Assembly (NCBI GenBank): GCA_964635615.1
Contig: CAZWNL010000011.1
Span: 13,314-77,313 of the forward strand
From: an uncultured Bacteroides sp.
GTDB taxonomy: Bacteria > Bacillota > Clostridia > Lachnospirales > Lachnospiraceae
DNA: 64,000 bases
Reading direction: 5' to 3'
Shown here in pieces: positions 1-8,687 of this stretch; the stretch's first letter is position 1, and each line of letters starts with the position of its first letter. The position numbers and the translations under genes were made by a program. The notes beneath the pieces were generated by a model. The model ran no database searches. It was given only the letters and a program-made list of their open reading frames with translations, and had not been told where the DNA came from.

Positions 1-740
1 CTGAATATTTTATGGAGAGTGCGGCAGAGTGCGGACATCGCTCCTTTGTCATAATGGCAGGTGCACTTGATGAAAGGGCTGTGGAGGCAGAGCGGCTTTC
101 ATATGAGGGACCGTTTGGCGTTGGTTATGGTATATGCACATATGAGCCCAAGGGGCAGGATAGCGGACGAAGCTTTAAGCAGCAATTTGAAAATGTACTG
201 CAAACAAAGCTTACTGAGCAAAGAAAAAATGAAGATGCCTATGTAAGTCTTGCAAGGAGGACGATTGAGGAATATGTAACCATGGGTAAAACGCCCGATA
301 TGTCAAGTGAGCTCCCGGAAGAAATGCTGGGTAAACAGGCAGGGGTTTTTGTTTCCATAAAAAAGGACGGGAGACTTAGGGGCTGCATCGGAACCATAGA
401 AGCAACACAAAGCTCCATAGCAAAGGAAATTGTTGCAAATGCCATAAGCGCATCTACCCGTGACCCAAGATTTTCGCCTATAAAGCAGGCTGAGCTTCCG
501 TGGCTTACGATAAGCGTGGACGTTTTGGGAGACACGGAAAAAATATCCTCCACAAATGAGCTTGATGTAAAACGCTACGGTGTTATAGTTACAAGGGGAA
601 GAAGGAGAGGGCTTCTTCTTCCTAATCTTGAAGGTGTAGATACTGTGGAGGAACAACTCGCCATTGCAAAGCAGAAGGCGGGTATTGCAGAGGATGAGCC
701 GGTGGAAATGGAACGATTTGAGGTAGTGAGACACTATTAA
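1..740 (+). CDS. amrA: AmmeMemoRadiSam system protein A (AMMECR1 domain), preceded by the end of a Memo/LigB-like domain; 5' partial
   Basis: Frame is open back to the window start. AMMECR1 motifs GVFVSIKKDGRLRGCIGT, DPRF and RRGLLLPNL are present; radical SAM gene follows. Confidence 0.85.
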   Translation, partial: EYFMESAAECGHRSFVIMAGALDERAVEAERLSYEGPFGVGYGICTYEPKGQDSGRSFKQQFENVLQTKLTEQRKNEDAYVSLARRTIEEYVTMGKTPDMSSELPEEMLGKQAGVFVSIKKDGRLRGCIGTIEATQSSIAKEIVANAISASTRDPRFSPIKQAELPWLTISVDVLGDTEKISSTNELDVKRYGVIVTRGRRRGLLLPNLEGVDTVEEQLAIAKQKAGIAEDEPVEMERFEVVRHY

Positions 741-765
741 TGTTCCCTGTATAAAGGAGGAAAAT

Positions 766-1593
766 ATGGAAGCAACCTGTGATGTATGTTTTCATCATTG
801 CAAGCTGAAAAATGGAGCGTGGGGACTTTGCAGGGCAAGGAAAAATGAGGACAGAGAAATAGTCTGTAAAAATTACGGACACATAACCTCCATGGCGCTT
901 GACCCTATTGAAAAAAAGCCTCTTAAAATGTTTTGTCAGGGAAGCAAAATTTTATCCGTAGGAAGCTACGGCTGCAACCTGCGGTGCCCCTTTTGTCAAA
1001 ATCATGAAATCTCAATGGCAGGGCAGGAGGATATAGGAATAAAATATATTTCACCCAGGGAGCTTGTGAACGAGGCTCTTTATTATGAAAAAATGGGGAA
1101 TGTCGGAATTGCTTTTACCTACAACGAGCCTCTTATAAGCTGGGAGTATGTCCTTGACACATCAAGGCTTTTACATGAGCAAAATATGAAATCGGTGCTT
1201 GTAACAAATGGTACTGTTTCGCTTCCAATCATGGAAAAGCTTTTACCATACATTGATGCAATGAATATAGATTTAAAGGGCTTTCGTGATGAATATTACA
1301 AAAAGCTTGGTGGAAGCCTAGATGCAGTTAAGGATGTTATTAAATGTGCGGCAGCGGCATGTCACGTGGAGCTTACAACTCTTATTGTACCAGATGAAAA
1401 TGATGCTTTAGAGGAAATGGAAGAGGAAGCAAAATGGATTGCTTCGGTGAATGACAGCATTTCGCTTCATATTACACGCTTCTTCCCGAGATATAATATG
1501 CAGGACAGGGAGGCCACGGATGTGAAAAGGATACATGAGCTTAAGGCTGTTGCAGATAGATACTTGAAAAATGTTTTTGTAGGAAACTGTTAG
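766..1593 (+). CDS. amrS: AmmeMemoRadiSam system radical SAM enzyme
   Basis: CNLRCPFC (CxxxCxxC) motif, N-terminal CDVCFHHC...CRAR cluster, DPIEKKPL signature; RBS AAGGAGG. Confidence 0.9.
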   Translation: MEATCDVCFHHCKLKNGAWGLCRARKNEDREIVCKNYGHITSMALDPIEKKPLKMFCQGSKILSVGSYGCNLRCPFCQNHEISMAGQEDIGIKYISPRELVNEALYYEKMGNVGIAFTYNEPLISWEYVLDTSRLLHEQNMKSVLVTNGTVSLPIMEKLLPYIDAMNIDLKGFRDEYYKKLGGSLDAVKDVIKCAAAACHVELTTLIVPDENDALEEMEEEAKWIASVNDSISLHITRFFPRYNMQDREATDVKRIHELKAVADRYLKNVFVGNC

Positions 1594-1611
1594 AAAAGAA
1601 AGGATTATGTT

Positions 1612-3825
1612 ATGAGAATTTTATTATTGTTGCGTGGCTCTGCCGGCTGCGGTAAGTCTACGTGGATTGAAAAAAATGGATTAAAGCCCTATGCATTGTC
1701 TGCTGATGATATAAGGCTTTTATGTCAAAGTCCTGTTATGCAGGTGGATGGAACAAAAAGTATAAGTCAGGACAATGAGAGCGTTGTCTGGAAAACTCTT
1801 TACAGTCTGCTTGAGACAAGGCTGCAGCGTGGGGAGTTTACTGTAATTGATGCGACAAACTCAAAAAGAACTGAAATGAACAAATACAAGGAACTGTGCA
1901 CTACATACAGATACAGAATTTTCTGTGTTGACTTTACGGACATTCCAATTGAGGAGGTAAAGAGAAGAAATGCAGAAAGAGACGTATATAAAAGAGTTTC
2001 CGAGGATGTTATTGACAGGATGTATTCAAGATTTGCAACTCAGAAAATTCCCGCAGGTATTACCGTTATCAGACCTGATGAATTAGATAAAATCTGGTTA
2101 AAAATGATTGATTTGTCGGAATATAAAAAAATACACCATATCGGAGACATTCATGGCTGCAATACTGCACTGCAAAAATATTTTTCCGATAATGGCGGTA
2201 TAAAGGAAGATGAGTTTTACATATTTGTGGGAGACTACATTGACAGAGGTGTAGAAAATGTTGAGGTGTTGGAATTTCTGCTTTCCATTAAGGACAGGAA
2301 AAATGTACTGTTGCTTGAAGGAAACCACGAAAGATGGCTTTGGTATTGGGCTAATGGAAGCACAGGCAGGTCAAGGGAATTTGAAATGGTTACACGTCCG
2401 GTTCTTGAGGCTTCAAATATCGACAAAAAGGATATAAGACAGCTTTACAGAAGATTCGGACAGTGTGCATATTACAAATACGGAGAAAATGTATATTTGG
2501 TAACTCATGCAGGACTTAGCACTATACCTGAAAATTTATCACTTGTAGCTACGGAGCAGATGATAAAGGGTGTTGGCAGCTATAACGATTTTGAGAGGAT
2601 TGCCGAAACCTTTTACGATACAACTCCGGAAAATTATTATCAGATACACGGACACAGAAACACGAAACAGTTGCCTGTTTTGGTTAATGACAGGGTATTC
2701 AACCTGGAGGGGCAGGTTGAATTTGGCGGACATTTAAGATGCGTGCAGATTGATAAGGATGGAGCTCATACATTTGAAATTAAAAATGATGTGTATAAAA
2801 AGCCTGAAAAAAATAAGGTGCAGGAGGCAGGAACCATTGCTGATATTATTGCGGCAATGAGAAGCAATGAGTATATTCAGGAAAAGAAATTTGGAAATAT
2901 ATCCTCCTTTAATTTTACAAGCAAGGCATTTTATGAAAAGGTTTGGAATGAGCAGACTACAAAAGCTCGTGGCTTGTATCTTGATACTGCTAAGGAAAAG
3001 GTTGCCGCAAGGGCATATGACAAATTTTTCAATGTAAATGAGCGTGAGGAAACAAGATTTGAAATGCTTCAGCACAGATTACAATTTCCTGTTACCGCAT
3101 ATGTAAAGGAAAATGGATTTTTGGGAATCGTAAGCTATAACGAGTATGAGGACGACCTTTTTATTGCCACAAAGTCTACCATTGGAGGCGCCTATGCAGA
3201 ATGGTTAAGGAAAATGCTCTATGAAAAGGTATCAGAGGAAAACCTTAACAAAATGAAGAATTATATTAAGGAGCATGATGTATCCTTTGTATTCGAGTGT
3301 GTTGATATGGAGCATGACCCACATATAATTGAGTACCCTGAAAATCATTTGTTTTTGCTTGATATTATTTACAATCAAATGAATTTTGCAAAGTATGAGT
3401 ATGAGGATATGTGCCATGCCGCAGAGCAGTTTGGACTTGAACACAAGGAACGGGCAGTCTGTCTTGAAAGCTGGCAGGAATTTTATGATTGGTACTATGA
3501 GATTTTGGAGGAGGATTATGAGTATAAGGGCAGGAAAATTGAGGGCTTTGTAATTGAGGATGTCACAGGCTACATGACAAAGCTTAAGCTTACCTATTAT
3601 AATTTTTGGAAGTTTATGAGAAACGTGTCCCATGAGGCAATCAGAAAGGGCTATATAATGAAAACTTCCGCACTTATAACTCCGCTTGCAAATGAATATT
3701 ATGCATGGGTGAGAACGCTGCATGATGTTGAGGATATTGAGAGCGTGCCAAAGGATATTTGTACCCTTAGAAATATGTTTTACAGTCAGAAATGCAGTGA
3801 CAATCGGAGCATGACGGAGGTATGA
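1612..3825 (+). CDS. Trifunctional polynucleotide kinase / metallophosphoesterase / RNA ligase (Pnkp-like, with Rnl1-type ligase domain)
   Basis: Kinase P-loop GSAGCGKS and DATN. Calcineurin-like motifs DIHG, GDYIDRG, GNHE, HGH. Nucleotidyltransferase motifs KENG, EGFV, KLK. Confidence 0.85.
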   Translation: MRILLLLRGSAGCGKSTWIEKNGLKPYALSADDIRLLCQSPVMQVDGTKSISQDNESVVWKTLYSLLETRLQRGEFTVIDATNSKRTEMNKYKELCTTYRYRIFCVDFTDIPIEEVKRRNAERDVYKRVSEDVIDRMYSRFATQKIPAGITVIRPDELDKIWLKMIDLSEYKKIHHIGDIHGCNTALQKYFSDNGGIKEDEFYIFVGDYIDRGVENVEVLEFLLSIKDRKNVLLLEGNHERWLWYWANGSTGRSREFEMVTRPVLEASNIDKKDIRQLYRRFGQCAYYKYGENVYLVTHAGLSTIPENLSLVATEQMIKGVGSYNDFERIAETFYDTTPENYYQIHGHRNTKQLPVLVNDRVFNLEGQVEFGGHLRCVQIDKDGAHTFEIKNDVYKKPEKNKVQEAGTIADIIAAMRSNEYIQEKKFGNISSFNFTSKAFYEKVWNEQTTKARGLYLDTAKEKVAARAYDKFFNVNEREETRFEMLQHRLQFPVTAYVKENGFLGIVSYNEYEDDLFIATKSTIGGAYAEWLRKMLYEKVSEENLNKMKNYIKEHDVSFVFECVDMEHDPHIIEYPENHLFLLDIIYNQMNFAKYEYEDMCHAAEQFGLEHKERAVCLESWQEFYDWYYEILEEDYEYKGRKIEGFVIEDVTGYMTKLKLTYYNFWKFMRNVSHEAIRKGYIMKTSALITPLANEYYAWVRTLHDVEDIESVPKDICTLRNMFYSQKCSDNRSMTEV

Positions 3826-3828
3826 TAA

Positions 3829-4500
3829 ATGGATATAGAAAAGCAGTTTAATTTGATTGCAGAGGAATATGACGGTAACCGAAGGAAGTTTATTACCTGC
3901 TTTGATGATTTCTACCAGAATACAACAAAATTCATTGTTTCAAATATAAATGAGCCAAAACGAATTATTGATTTAGGTGCGGGAACGGGGCTATTAACTT
4001 ATTTTTGGTATCAGCAATGTCCAAATTCTGAATATGTGCTTGTGGACATTGCTGATGAAATGCTGAATGTTGCCCGAAAAAGATTTGAAAGCATTGGAAA
4101 TGTATCGTATCAAATAGAAAATTATATTGATAAACTGCCCGATGGTTTTTTTGATACGGTTATTTCTGCTTTATCTATCCACCATTTGGAAGATGAGGAT
4201 AAGGCAAAATTATTTACAAGAATATATAACAGTCTGCTAAGTGGTGGATTGTTCATCAATTATGACCAGTTTTGTGCAGGTCAGGCAGAAATCAATAATT
4301 GGTTTAATTCCTATTGGGAAAATCATTTAGCAACTAGCGGATTAACGGATAAGGATATAGAATTATGGAAAGAACGCAGAAAATTAGACAAAGAATGTTC
4401 TGTTGAACAAGAAGTAGATATGTTAAAAAATGCTGGATTTAATATAGTTAAATGTGTCTATTCATATCAAAAATTTTCTGTAATTGTGGCAATAAAATAA
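3829..4500 (+). CDS. Class I SAM-dependent methyltransferase (CmoA/Methyltransf_25-like)
   Basis: IIDLGAGTG SAM-binding motif and SALSIHHL; visibly AT-richer than its neighbours. Confidence 0.8.
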   Translation: MDIEKQFNLIAEEYDGNRRKFITCFDDFYQNTTKFIVSNINEPKRIIDLGAGTGLLTYFWYQQCPNSEYVLVDIADEMLNVARKRFESIGNVSYQIENYIDKLPDGFFDTVISALSIHHLEDEDKAKLFTRIYNSLLSGGLFINYDQFCAGQAEINNWFNSYWENHLATSGLTDKDIELWKERRKLDKECSVEQEVDMLKNAGFNIVKCVYSYQKFSVIVAIK

Positions 4501-4535
4501 TGCTATATTTTCAAAAATAAAATATTAATAAAACA

Positions 4536-4588
4536 GCGCAAAAAAGGCGCATGGAACAGTAAACTGTAAACCATGCGTTTTTTTGCGT
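4536..4588. terminator. Bidirectional terminator-like hairpin between the methyltransferase and glnA
   Basis: Inverted repeat GCGCAAAAAAGGCGCATGG ... CCATGCGTTTTTTTGCG between convergent genes. Confidence 0.65.
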
Positions 4589-4654
4589 TCAAAAGAAAGA
4601 ACATGAGCGATAACATTCAGACCACTGCTATAGGTTGTTTGGTAAGTTTACATC

Positions 4655-6754
4655 TTACAAATAAAATAACAATTCCTCATAAGTCGGATATGGCAGGAAG
4701 TCATTTGGTATGGCAGCTTCTGCATCATCTGCAATGGTGCGGATTTCATTCATCGTAACAATAATCTTGTCTCGGCAGTAGTCTGCCGCTCCCTGCATGC
4801 TGCTTATGCCTCCAAGCTGGGTAAGCTCATGCTTTAGCTTGTCAATAAGATTCGTCATGTCCGTGTAATCAGATGTGAGCCGTCTTATGAGAGCGTCCTG
4901 TGCTGTGCAGGATATGTTAGGAAGATATGCTTTTGTTTCTGCTGCTTCCCTTGCAGTTGTGGCGGCAAAGGAATTTATGGCAGGAAGCAAATCTTTGGAA
5001 ATTATGTCAACCATTGTTCTTGCTTCGATGACAATCGTCTTTACATATGTTTCAAGCTGAATTTCATATCTTGAAAGGATTTCCTCTTTGGTAAAAATGT
5101 GATGCTTCGTAAATAGGTTTATATTTTTCTCACTTATAAAATAAGGCATACAGTCGGGCGTTGTCGGAAGGTTGTATAAGCCTCTTGCCTCTGCCTCTTT
5201 CACCCATTCATCCGTATATCCGTTTCCGTCAAATATAACCTTTTTATGCTTTCTTATGGCACGCTTTATAAGCTCATGAACTGCATGCTCCATGTCCTCC
5301 GGCTCTGTTCCATCAAGCTCAGTGTAGAACTGTGCAAGAGATTCGGCCACGGCAGTATTAAGTATAATGTTAGGTCCCGAAACGGAAGCAGCGGAGCCAA
5401 CCATACGGAACTCAAATTTATTTCCGGTAAATGCAAATGGTGACGTGCGGTTTCTGTCAGTTGTATCCCTGAAAAAGTGAGGAAGTACATTTGCACCTAT
5501 GTTCATTTCTATTTTTTCCTGCTTGCCGAAATATGTATCATTCTCAATCGACTTTAATACGGCATTTAATTCATCACCGAGGAAAATGGATACTATGGCA
5601 GGAGGCGCTTCATTTCCACCGAGACGGTGGTCGTTTCCTGCACTGGCAGCAGAAACACGCATTAAATCTGCGTAGTCATCTACAGCTTTAATTACAGCCA
5701 TAAGAAATACAAGAAACTGTATGTTCTGTGCAGGTGTACGTCCCGGTTTTAAAAGGTTTACACCATCACTTGTACTTATGGACCAATTGTTATGTTTTCC
5801 GCTTCCATTTATACCGGCAAATGGCTTTTCATGAAGTAAGCAGATAAGATTATGCTTGTCAGCAATTCTCCTCATAATCTCCATTGTAAGCTGGTTATGG
5901 TCTGTGGCAATGTTTACATTTTCAAATATAGGAGCCATCTCATGCTGCGCAGGAGCCACCTCGTTGTGCTTTGTCTTGGAAGGAATGCCAAGCTTCCAAA
6001 GCTCCTCGTCAAGCTCATGCATAAATGCGGAAACACGAGGCTTTAATATTCCGAAGTAGTGGTCATCCATTTCCTGTCCCTTTGGCGCAGGGGCACCTAT
6101 AAGGGTTCTTCCGCAGAAAATCAAATCCTTACGTTTTTTGTACATATCTTTGTCTATCAGGAAATATTCCTGTTCAGGACCGACAGTTATATTTACTCCG
6201 GTAACCGTTTTATTTCCAAGTAAATGAAGCATTTTAACAGCCTGCTCGTTTAATGCCTCCATGGAACGGAGCAACGGAGTCTTTTTGTCCAATGCCTCCC
6301 CACTGTAAGAGCAGAAGGCTGTAGGGATATATAGTGTTTTATCCTTTATAAATGCAGGGGAGGTAGGGTCCCATGCGGTGTAGCCTCTCGCCTCAAATGT
6401 AGCTCTTAATCCGCCTGACGGAAAGCTCGATGCGTCCGGCTCACCCTTTACAAGCTCCTTGCCCGAAAACTCCATGATTACATGTCCGTCTCCGGCTATA
6501 TTTATAAAGCTGTCATGCTTTTCGGCTGTGAAACCTGTCATAGGCTGGAACCAGTGAGAATAATGGGTTGCGCCTAATTCTACAGCCCATTCCTTCATTG
6601 CAACTGCAACTGAATTTGCAACATCAAGCTCAAGGTGGGTTCCGTTTTGTATGGTTTTCTTAAGTGCCTTGTAAATATCATTTGGAAGCTTATTTCGCAT
6701 AACCTCGTCATTAAATACAAGACTTCCGAAAAGCTTTGGAATTTCTGTTGACAT
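4655..6754 (-). CDS. glnA: Glutamine synthetase type III
   Basis: 699 aa; GSIII motifs HWFQPMTG, EPDASSFPSGG, GPEQEYFL, HNEVAPAQHE, DRNRTSPFAFTGNKFEFR. Confidence 0.95.
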   Translation of the reverse strand: MSTEIPKLFGSLVFNDEVMRNKLPNDIYKALKKTIQNGTHLELDVANSVAVAMKEWAVELGATHYSHWFQPMTGFTAEKHDSFINIAGDGHVIMEFSGKELVKGEPDASSFPSGGLRATFEARGYTAWDPTSPAFIKDKTLYIPTAFCSYSGEALDKKTPLLRSMEALNEQAVKMLHLLGNKTVTGVNITVGPEQEYFLIDKDMYKKRKDLIFCGRTLIGAPAPKGQEMDDHYFGILKPRVSAFMHELDEELWKLGIPSKTKHNEVAPAQHEMAPIFENVNIATDHNQLTMEIMRRIADKHNLICLLHEKPFAGINGSGKHNNWSISTSDGVNLLKPGRTPAQNIQFLVFLMAVIKAVDDYADLMRVSAASAGNDHRLGGNEAPPAIVSIFLGDELNAVLKSIENDTYFGKQEKIEMNIGANVLPHFFRDTTDRNRTSPFAFTGNKFEFRMVGSAASVSGPNIILNTAVAESLAQFYTELDGTEPEDMEHAVHELIKRAIRKHKKVIFDGNGYTDEWVKEAEARGLYNLPTTPDCMPYFISEKNINLFTKHHIFTKEEILSRYEIQLETYVKTIVIEARTMVDIISKDLLPAINSFAATTAREAAETKAYLPNISCTAQDALIRRLTSDYTDMTNLIDKLKHELTQLGGISSMQGAADYCRDKIIVTMNEIRTIADDAEAAIPNDFLPYPTYEELLFYL

Positions 6755-7155
6755 ATGAATACCTCTTTCCCTGATTCTGTTTTTTATATTATGCGTTCAG
6801 ATGCATTAATTATAAGTTTAGGGTATAAAAAGTCAATAAAATAATGTAAAAACGACGGAAAAACAAGTGAATGTCATGTTTTACAGTTGAAAAACAATAA
6901 AAACGCTTATAAGAAAAACCTTGCGGATGAGTATTATTTATGGTAGTATAAGCATTGAGGTTGATATTATGTTTTGGAAAAATCGCAATTTACAACTGAA
7001 GAAAGGTTATACTTTTTCCCCTATATGGGGATAGTGCGCCTTTTTTTAGACAGATTGTTAAAGCATATTGAGTCAATCCGTTTCTAAAAATTTAAATAAG
7101 GATATTGCATTATCTTCTTAACAGTTATGAAATTTAAAGTTAAGGAGATTTTTTT

Positions 7156-8265
7156 ATGTTTAAAATTAAAAAACAAATATCAAGATTATATACTGCCTCC
7201 GTTCTCGGAAATCTGTCGCTTACGGGAGCGTGGGTTGCAATTTTAGCGTCAAGAGGCTACAGCTTGGTGGAAATAGGAATTGCGGAAACCATTTTCCACA
7301 TCACAAGCCTTATATTTGAAATTCCGTCAGGAATATTTGCTGATGTGTTTGGTAGAAAGAAAATGCTGATTGTAAGCATGATTATGAGAATGCTTGGAAG
7401 CCTTGTAATGATTTTATCATACAATTTATTTATGGTGTGTCTTTCTATTGCATTTTTTGCACTCAGCTATAATTTTTCATCAGGTACGGGAGATGCGCTG
7501 GCGTATGACTCGCTCAAAATAGCAAATATGGAAAATGAATTTGAACGCTACGAGGCAAACTCTCTTGTTATTTATCGCCTTTGTAGCGGAATTTCAACCT
7601 TGTGTGCAGGCTTTGCACTTTTTATCGGTCATAAAATTGCATACGGCACAAACCTTGTGGCGGGCGTGGTACAGATTTTTATTTTGAAATCTCTGTGTGA
7701 GGTTTATGTGGGTAAAAGAGAGGAAAGAGCAAAAGGTGCAAATGTAACCTATATAGGACATGAACTGCTTGGATGCTTTCGTGAGAGCCTTTTGTTTTTA
7801 AAGAGCGCAGGAAAAAAGGTAATGAAATTAATGCTTTGCAATTCCTTTGTGGGAGCAGTTGACATTTTACTTCTGTTTTTCCTGCAGGCAAAGCTTCCAC
7901 AAACAGGAATCTCCCGGTGGGGGCTCGGCTTTGCCCTGTTCTTTATGGAGATGGGCGGAATAGTTGGCTCCAAGCTTATATTGAAGCTTCCAAAGCTCAG
8001 GTATAGGAATGTATTTGCCATGTCGGTGCTTCTTGTATTGGCGGGTGTTTTTGTGGAGCATTCGGGAATTTATCTGATTATGACGTTGGGAGGCTTTTTG
8101 GCTGCAATCGGTGACGATGCTTTACAGGTCCGCACCAATGCAATTTTGCAGGATATGTTTCCGTCAGAGCAGAGGGCAACGCTCACCTCGGTGGAGTCGT
8201 TTTCCTTCTCCATAATTATGATATTTTTATCGCCTCTTGCAGGTGTTGTATTTTCTTATTGGTAG
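7156..8265 (+). CDS. MFS transporter
   Basis: Many hydrophobic helices; EIPSGIFADVFGRKK matches MFS motif A. Confidence 0.85.
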   Translation: MFKIKKQISRLYTASVLGNLSLTGAWVAILASRGYSLVEIGIAETIFHITSLIFEIPSGIFADVFGRKKMLIVSMIMRMLGSLVMILSYNLFMVCLSIAFFALSYNFSSGTGDALAYDSLKIANMENEFERYEANSLVIYRLCSGISTLCAGFALFIGHKIAYGTNLVAGVVQIFILKSLCEVYVGKREERAKGANVTYIGHELLGCFRESLLFLKSAGKKVMKLMLCNSFVGAVDILLLFFLQAKLPQTGISRWGLGFALFFMEMGGIVGSKLILKLPKLRYRNVFAMSVLLVLAGVFVEHSGIYLIMTLGGFLAAIGDDALQVRTNAILQDMFPSEQRATLTSVESFSFSIIMIFLSPLAGVVFSYW

Positions 8266-8286
8266 GAGAAACACATTATTTCTTTG

Positions 8287-8315
8287 TTGCTAAAATAGAA
8301 AATATATGTTATAAG
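8287..8315 (+). promoter_or_regulatory. Sigma-A-like promoter upstream of the cobalamin riboswitch
   Basis: TTGCTA-17bp-TATAAG with an extended -10 TG. Confidence 0.5.
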
Positions 8316-8328
8316 TTAATGACAAGCA

Positions 8329-8488
8329 AAACAATACATCTCGGAAGCCGGTGTAAGTCCGGCACTGTGTCTCAGCAACCGTGTTGCCTACGAAGGGACG
8401 TGCAAATTTGCAGCCACTGAAGCATAGCATTTGCTTTGGGAAGGTGTCTTAGTAGGATAAAGGCTAAGTCGGGAGACCTGTATTGTTG
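8329..8488 (+). ncRNA. Cobalamin (B12) riboswitch
   Basis: GGAA-GCCGG-TGTAAGT-CCGGC-AC (P4/T-loop), GCAACCGT, GCCACTG...GGGAAGG, B12 box AGTCGGGAGACCTG, closing stem ACAATAC/GTATTGT; lies upstream of DUF4430 and ECF genes. Confidence 0.85.
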
Positions 8489-8687
8489 TTACGAACGGAA
8501 GTCTTCTGAGGTAGGACGGCGTTTTGTGCTTCTTATTTTTGTACGCTTTTTTATCAATTTTGAGGCATAAAATTATCTGATTTTTTATCTTAGTTTGACG
8601 TTTCAGTCGTATTTCAATATTTTACATTTTGCACAGGCTGACATGATATGCGCCTGCTATATAATACACAAGGAGGGAGAAAGCACA

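Noticed and set aside
3829-4500. Hen1 RNA 2'-O-methyltransferase partner of Pnkp
   Set aside because: At 223 aa it is short, lacks the Hen1 ligase-activating N-terminal domain and a Hen1-type metal-binding motif, and looks like a generic CmoA-like methyltransferase.
4573-4758. Small + strand ORF overlapping the glnA 3' end and terminator
   Set aside because: No RBS; it starts inside the terminator hairpin and runs antisense to glnA.
6845-6890. GlnR/TnrA box upstream of glnA (TGTCA-TGTT-TTACA)
   Set aside because: The half-sites are 4 nt apart rather than the canonical 7.
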